DNA of 64,000 nucleotides, taken from Alphaproteobacteria bacterium. GTDB lineage: Bacteria > Pseudomonadota > Alphaproteobacteria > Rs-D84. The position numbers were made by a program, and so were the translations under genes. The stretch is taken from contig JAFVOS010000007.1 of assembly GCA_017505705.1 (NCBI GenBank), forward strand, positions 37,967 to 101,966, in the 5' to 3' direction. Under the pieces are notes generated by a model that saw nothing but the letters and a program-made list of their open reading frames with translations, ran no database searches and was not told the DNA's origin. Shown here piece by piece: positions 60,401 through 64,000 of this stretch (positions are counted from its first letter, which is position 1; the number at the start of each line of letters is the position of its first letter).

Positions 60401-60993
60401 TTAATATTTTGGTTCTGGATACCGAAGGATATTCAAATACTGGTGGCCAGCAATCTAAATCAACGCCATTTGGTGCCAGCATGAAGTTTGCCATTGGTGG
60501 TAAAGAGCATGCTAAAAAAGATTTGGGATTGATTGCAATGATGAGTGGTGCATATGTTGCTCAAATTGCAATGGGGGCAAACCAGGCCCAGGCAATACGG
60601 GCATTTCGTGAAGCAGAAAGTTTTGATGGGCCGTCAATTATTTTGGCGTATGCACCATGTATTGCGCATGGGTTTGCACTGCAAAACGGGGCAGAACATC
60701 AAATGCAGATGGTTCAGACAGGGGCGTGGCCGTTATTCCGCTTTGATCCACGTTTGATTGGTGATGGACATAATCCGTTGACGATGGATTCGTCGGTTGA
60801 CAATCCGCTGCCACTGGAAGAATTCTTAAAAACAGAATCCAGATTTGCGGCGGCACGTGCAGCAAACCCCCAGTTTAACAAGTTGGTTGATTTGGCTAAG
60901 GCGAATAATGCATATAAAAGTGAGCTGAAAAAGCATATTGCGCATTTCGCAATGCTGAACAAGCCAGAGGTTAAAGAAAATGGTGAGGGGTAA
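57484..60993 (+). CDS. nifJ: pyruvate:ferredoxin (flavodoxin) oxidoreductase
   Basis: YPITPSS, MQSEAGAAG, two 4Fe-4S motifs, GACAGCGETPY, GGDGWAYDIG. Confidence 0.96.
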   Translation: MSKLIVDGNWAAADVAYRCVDFAAIYPITPSSTMGELADEWSFQHKKNIWGAIPQIIEMQSEAGAAGAMHGALQMGSLATTFTASQGLLLMIPNMYKIAGEQTPFVMHVAARALATHALSIFGDHSDVMSVRSTGFAMLSSHNVQQAHDMAAIAHAATLRSRVPFLHFFDGFRTSHEESRLVRIDDGVLKELIPDSLVLENRERGMTPDKPTIRGTAQNPDVYFQGREAANPLYNKTPEVVQECMDMFGKLTGRKYNLVDYVGDKNAEHVIVAMGSACETIEETLAHLPAGLGLVKVHLYRPFPVDAFRAVLPKTVKNIAVLDRTKEPGSIGEPLYQDVKTVIGDGANVFGGRYGLGSKEFKPRDVKAIYENMMRGELKHNFTVGIDDDLTGLSLKTDPSFSVEDPNFKTAILYGIGSDGTVGAVKNIVKIVGENSELYPQSYAVYDSKKSGGLTASHIRFSDAPIKSQYLVEVADFISVSNFMIAQRFDVFRGLRAGGTVMINTSMAPDVAFANLPKDTQEHLMRIRARVFFLDANTAAAELGLGNRINTFIMLNFFNLTHVIDPSVAAQSAKVAIEKTYKKKGMEIVEANWAAVDKASEYLHEYNLPSSISNFAPDFVPAMTLDTPAEIAGTLGEMAAQRGDAIPVSRFRVDGQFGGGQYPVGTAKYEKRAVSPRVATVDLEKCIQCGKCSMMCPHAAIRIKVMTEEQAEQARNEGVIVVPMKTPELGANMYYTLNISPADCTGCNVCVKNCPVKALAMVNASDVMEKNQAAFNAAEKLPDIDRAKLNLNIPKHVELLPHYFEFPGACAGCGETPYVKLLAHLFGDRMVVANATGCSSIYGANLPTTPWTKDANGRGPAWSNSLFEDNAEYGLGMRLALNQKRENLKALLFELGIENVEAIFDETDSQKQRDVEQKLRAQLAQMDGERARLAESLVGEIVNKSVWIIGGDGWAYDIGYGGVDHILHSGENVNILVLDTEGYSNTGGQQSKSTPFGASMKFAIGGKEHAKKDLGLIAMMSGAYVAQIAMGANQAQAIRAFREAESFDGPSIILAYAPCIAHGFALQNGAEHQMQMVQTGAWPLFRFDPRLIGDGHNPLTMDSSVDNPLPLEEFLKTESRFAAARAANPQFNKLVDLAKANNAYKSELKKHIAHFAMLNKPEVKENGEG

Positions 60994-61546
60994 GTAAAAA
61001 AAACCGGCGATTGCCGGTTTTTTTCTTTTGCTGTTGATTTTGTTGACGCAGAATTGATAAAAACTGAGCGTTGGCAGCAGCGTATTCTTTTGTGCCAGAC
61101 AGGTATAGCGATGTTTTTATTAAATCTTGGCGTTTCAGCACGTCACGAGAATATGATTCAGATGTAAGTTTTGTGCGTTCTTGTAAGCGCTGATGCATTT
61201 CACTGAATGCATGGTTTGCGGAAAAGTAATGCAACATGGGTTGTATTTTGAATATACCTGTGTTCGTGTCGCCCAGCCAATACATTGGTACACCGACAGG
61301 TTCGCTGGTGCCGGTTGAAATTAATTTCGCATAGTTATTTACTCTTATAATTTCATAGAAGCGCAAGCCAGAACCATGTGGTGTGGCGATTTCTGCTAAA
61401 TCTTTTCTGACAACGCATGGCTGGCCCATTGCTTTTATAACAGTGATTTTTGTGCCATTGTCCGTCGTTAATTTATCAATGCGTCCGACATTTAATTCAA
61501 TGCCCAGTTTATGTGCCATTTCAATACGTTCTGTAAAAATTGCCAT
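60971..61546 (-). CDS. hypothetical protein
   Basis: ATG after AAGGA; 3' end reads through the nifJ terminator; no family recognised. Confidence 0.5.
   Translation of the reverse strand: MAIFTERIEMAHKLGIELNVGRIDKLTTDNGTKITVIKAMGQPCVVRKDLAEIATPHGSGLRFYEIIRVNNYAKLISTGTSEPVGVPMYWLGDTNTGIFKIQPMLHYFSANHAFSEMHQRLQERTKLTSESYSRDVLKRQDLIKTSLYLSGTKEYAAANAQFLSILRQQNQQQKKKTGNRRFFLLTPHHFL
60996..61024. terminator. bidirectional terminator
   Basis: aaaaaccggc-gatt-gccggttttt after nifJ. Confidence 0.7.
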
Positions 61547-61667
61547 TGTATATTTCCTTGTATTCTGTTTAGGGACTGTTGACTGTAGTAATAAAGTATT
61601 CATATGTCAAATCGATAAATGTTTTTTTTATTGCGTTTTAGCCTGGGGTTGTTGTAAATTATATGCC

Positions 61668-62096
61668 ATGAAGAAAATTGTTTTATTTTTGTTGGTTTTA
61701 TTATCTGCTTGTACGTTTCAGACCAAGCATCGTGGATATGTATTTCCTGAAAATTTAGAATCTGTTGTTGCAAATATAAAGACGACTGCACAATTACAGG
61801 ATGAAATTGGGGCACCCCAGGTAAAAACTATATATGGGGACGAAGTTTGGGTGTATTTTGGGGCTGATGAAAACTATCGTGGGCCATTGGCACCGACATA
61901 TACAGATGAAACAGTATTGTTGGTGTGGGTTAAAGGAAAGCGTGTTGTAAAGACCCAGGTTTTGCGTGATGCAGATTTGCCAGATGTTGTTGTCGCAGAT
62001 GGTGAAACAGATATACCAGCCGCAATTGAACTGAATGCAATCGAGGAGTTGTTTAACAATATTGGGCGTTTTAGTCCAGCAGGATTAGGGCAATAA
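61668..62096 (+). CDS. bamE: outer membrane assembly lipoprotein BamE-like
   Basis: lipobox LSAC, HRGYV, IGAP, WVY, ELFNNIGRF. Confidence 0.65.
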   Translation: MKKIVLFLLVLLSACTFQTKHRGYVFPENLESVVANIKTTAQLQDEIGAPQVKTIYGDEVWVYFGADENYRGPLAPTYTDETVLLVWVKGKRVVKTQVLRDADLPDVVVADGETDIPAAIELNAIEELFNNIGRFSPAGLGQ

Positions 62097-62141
62097 ATTA
62101 TCTGTTTGTAAAAATGCTGTAAAAAGTGTATAATTAAACGC

Positions 62142-62675
62142 ATGAAGAAAATATTTGCTTTTGCTTTTATGTTGAGTCTTGCGTGTGCGGCACGTGCAGA
62201 GTTTACATGTGGTCCAGGCTATGTATTGGTAAATCATTCCAAAATAGATGGTATAGAGACCGCAGAATGTCAGAAATTGTGGTGTATGGATTTGGAAAAT
62301 GGCAAGATGATGGGACGTGCCAATTCTGCGTATAGTGGGTATAAGTCTACGACGACGGCAAATGAATTAGAAGTAAAGGGCGAAAAACCAATTCTGTGCT
62401 GGGGTGAGCGTAAGTGGTGCACAGGACAGCCTGCTGGGAATTGGGATAAAGATTTAGGGCGTTATGTCCGTATAAGTGCAGATGATGCGTATGAGTCCTA
62501 TCAGAATGGCAGTTGTTTTTCATGGCGCCTGAAGAATAATCCATGTGCGTCGGGCCAGGATGCAAAATTGGTAAATGGCGTTTGGCAATGTATGGAGAAA
62601 GCAGAAACAGAAGCACAGGTTCGTGGTTCTGTGATACGTCGAACCAGTGCGCCACGCAGAATTTTGCGTAAATAA
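62142..62675 (+). CDS. secreted Cys/Trp-rich hypothetical protein
   Basis: signal peptide, multiple Cys, Arg-rich C-terminus. Confidence 0.65.
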   Translation: MKKIFAFAFMLSLACAARAEFTCGPGYVLVNHSKIDGIETAECQKLWCMDLENGKMMGRANSAYSGYKSTTTANELEVKGEKPILCWGERKWCTGQPAGNWDKDLGRYVRISADDAYESYQNGSCFSWRLKNNPCASGQDAKLVNGVWQCMEKAETEAQVRGSVIRRTSAPRRILRK

Positions 62676-62788
62676 TTTGTCCCCCGTTTGGGGGATTTTA
62701 TTTTTTTGTTTTGAAATGTTTGTTTTTTGGCATTTTTATGATATAATTGTCCAGACAGAGAGAATGGCAACGCGAAAGAGTGTGATAT

Positions 62789-63349
62789 ATGCCAAGTAAA
62801 AAATTAGAATTTAAAACAGGACAATATGTTGTTTATCCAACGCAGGGGGTTGGTAAGCTGCTGCGTATCGAAGAACAAACTGTTGCTGGTCAAAAGATAA
62901 AAATGATGGTTATTGATTTTGAACGTAACCATATGACGTTGCGTGTTCCGTTGGAACGTGCTGAGATTTCGGGATTGCGACCACTGTCTTCAACAAAAAA
63001 AATGGATGAAGCAATTGCGTCAGCCAAAGGTAAGGCAGGGGCCAAGCGTATGATTTGGGCACGTCGTGCGGCGCAATACGAAGAAAATATTAATTCTGGG
63101 GATCCTATGAAACTGGCAGAGGTTGTACGTGATTTGCAACGTCGCAGTGCATCGGATACGATGACTTTTTCTGCACGACAGCTGTATCTGCGTGCGTTGG
63201 AACGTATGGCCCAGGAATTTGCAGTGTTGCATAAAATGGATTTAGATGCGGCGTCTGACAAGATAGAAGATATTTTGGGGGTGCCAAAGGAAATCGACCT
63301 GAATGCAGTAGAGGTCGATGAAGACGATATTGAAGAAGATGATAGCTAA
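62789..63349 (+). CDS. carD: CarD family transcription factor
   Basis: FKTGQYVVYPTQGVG, WARR, INSGD..LAEVVRDL. Confidence 0.92.
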   Translation: MPSKKLEFKTGQYVVYPTQGVGKLLRIEEQTVAGQKIKMMVIDFERNHMTLRVPLERAEISGLRPLSSTKKMDEAIASAKGKAGAKRMIWARRAAQYEENINSGDPMKLAEVVRDLQRRSASDTMTFSARQLYLRALERMAQEFAVLHKMDLDAASDKIEDILGVPKEIDLNAVEVDEDDIEEDDS

Positions 63350-63351
63350 TA

Positions 63352-63379
63352 AAAAAAACCGCCGTTTGGCGGTTTTTTT
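63352..63379. terminator. bidirectional terminator
   Basis: aaaaccgcc-gttt-ggcggtttt. Confidence 0.7.
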
Positions 63380-64000
63380 ACATTGTGAAATCTTCGCCCA
63401 GGTATACTTTCTTTACCATTTCGTCTTGGACGATTTCTTCGGTTGTACCATGTTTTAATATTTTGCCATCATGTAAAACATAGCTGCGGTCTGTAATACC
63501 CAATGTTTCACGTACGTTGTGGTCGGTTATAATTACGCCCAGACCACGATTCTTTAACTGGGATACCAGCCCACGAATGTCGTTAACCGCAATTGGATCA
63601 ATGCCAGCGAATGGTTCGTCCAACAGTATAAACTTTGGATCGTTGGCCAAGGCACGTGCAATTTCAACACGACGGCGTTCGCCACCAGATAGTGCGGTTG
63701 CAGGACTGCGACGCAATGATGAAATTGAAAATTCATCCAGCAATGAATCCAGTTTCTTTTGGCGTTTTTTCTTGTCTGGTTCGACAACCTCAAGTATTGC
63801 CATGATGTTTTGTTCGACCGTCAGACCACGAAAAACACTGTTTTCCTGGGGCAGGTATCCAATATGCAGGCGGGCACGTTGATAGAACGGCAGGTGCGTA
63901 ATGTTTTGCGAATTTAAAAATATTTGACCACCTGTTGCTGCTAACTGTCCAGTTATGCAATAAAATGCAGTTGTTTTTCCTGCACCATTTGGTCCCAGCA
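63378..64000 (-). CDS. lptB: LPS export ABC ATP-binding protein LptB (5'-truncated by window edge)
   Basis: GPNGAGKTT at window end, YLPQE, LSGGERRRVEIARAL, LDEPFAGIDP, TDHNVRETL. Confidence 0.93.
   Translation of the reverse strand, partial: LGPNGAGKTTAFYCITGQLAATGGQIFLNSQNITHLPFYQRARLHIGYLPQENSVFRGLTVEQNIMAILEVVEPDKKKRQKKLDSLLDEFSISSLRRSPATALSGGERRRVEIARALANDPKFILLDEPFAGIDPIAVNDIRGLVSQLKNRGLGVIITDHNVRETLGITDRSYVLHDGKILKHGTTEEIVQDEMVKKVYLGEDFTM

Noticed and set aside
60971-61030. Overlap of a hypothetical ORF with the nifJ end as a regulatory feature
   Set aside because: Most simply explained by loss of a stop codon or homopolymer slippage with read-through across the terminator; no further support.

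Overview
Gene-dense chromosomal window from a small-genome, probably anaerobic alphaproteobacterium. Evidence for this: a permuted two-piece tmRNA, CarD and RNase J, plus PFOR and rubrerythrin; it resembles gut Rs-D84-type lineages, which is inference. Most of the window is housekeeping and envelope genes: clpB end, msbA-like ABC, rpsU, polA, pth, pbpC plus alpha-2-macroglobulin, rpsB-tsf, recG, bamD, murJ, rlpA, rnj, miaA, gap, obgE, rbr, prmC, PBP1A, ctpA, nifJ, bamE, carD and lptB end. The main discovery is a candidate phase-variation system. A stand-alone Mpi-family serine DNA invertase (27166-27789) co-occurs with two small invertible switches that share an AAAC/GG-NN-SGTTT site architecture and an identical 85-bp centre-to-centre spacing. 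Switch 1 (18689-18787) carries a sigma70 promoter that currently points away from two Cys-rich, eukaryote-like surface protein genes. Switch 2 (43477-43563) carries, on the opposite strand, the RBS, ATG and signal-peptide n-region; flipping it fuses these in frame to an otherwise start-less Cys-rich ORF and destroys a terminator. Both switches appear OFF in this assembly. Other oddities: a tRNA-Leu with the rare AAG anticodon, a Fic protein with a degenerate active site, and structured leaders upstream of an HTH gene and of rnj. All annotation is by eye, without database searches.
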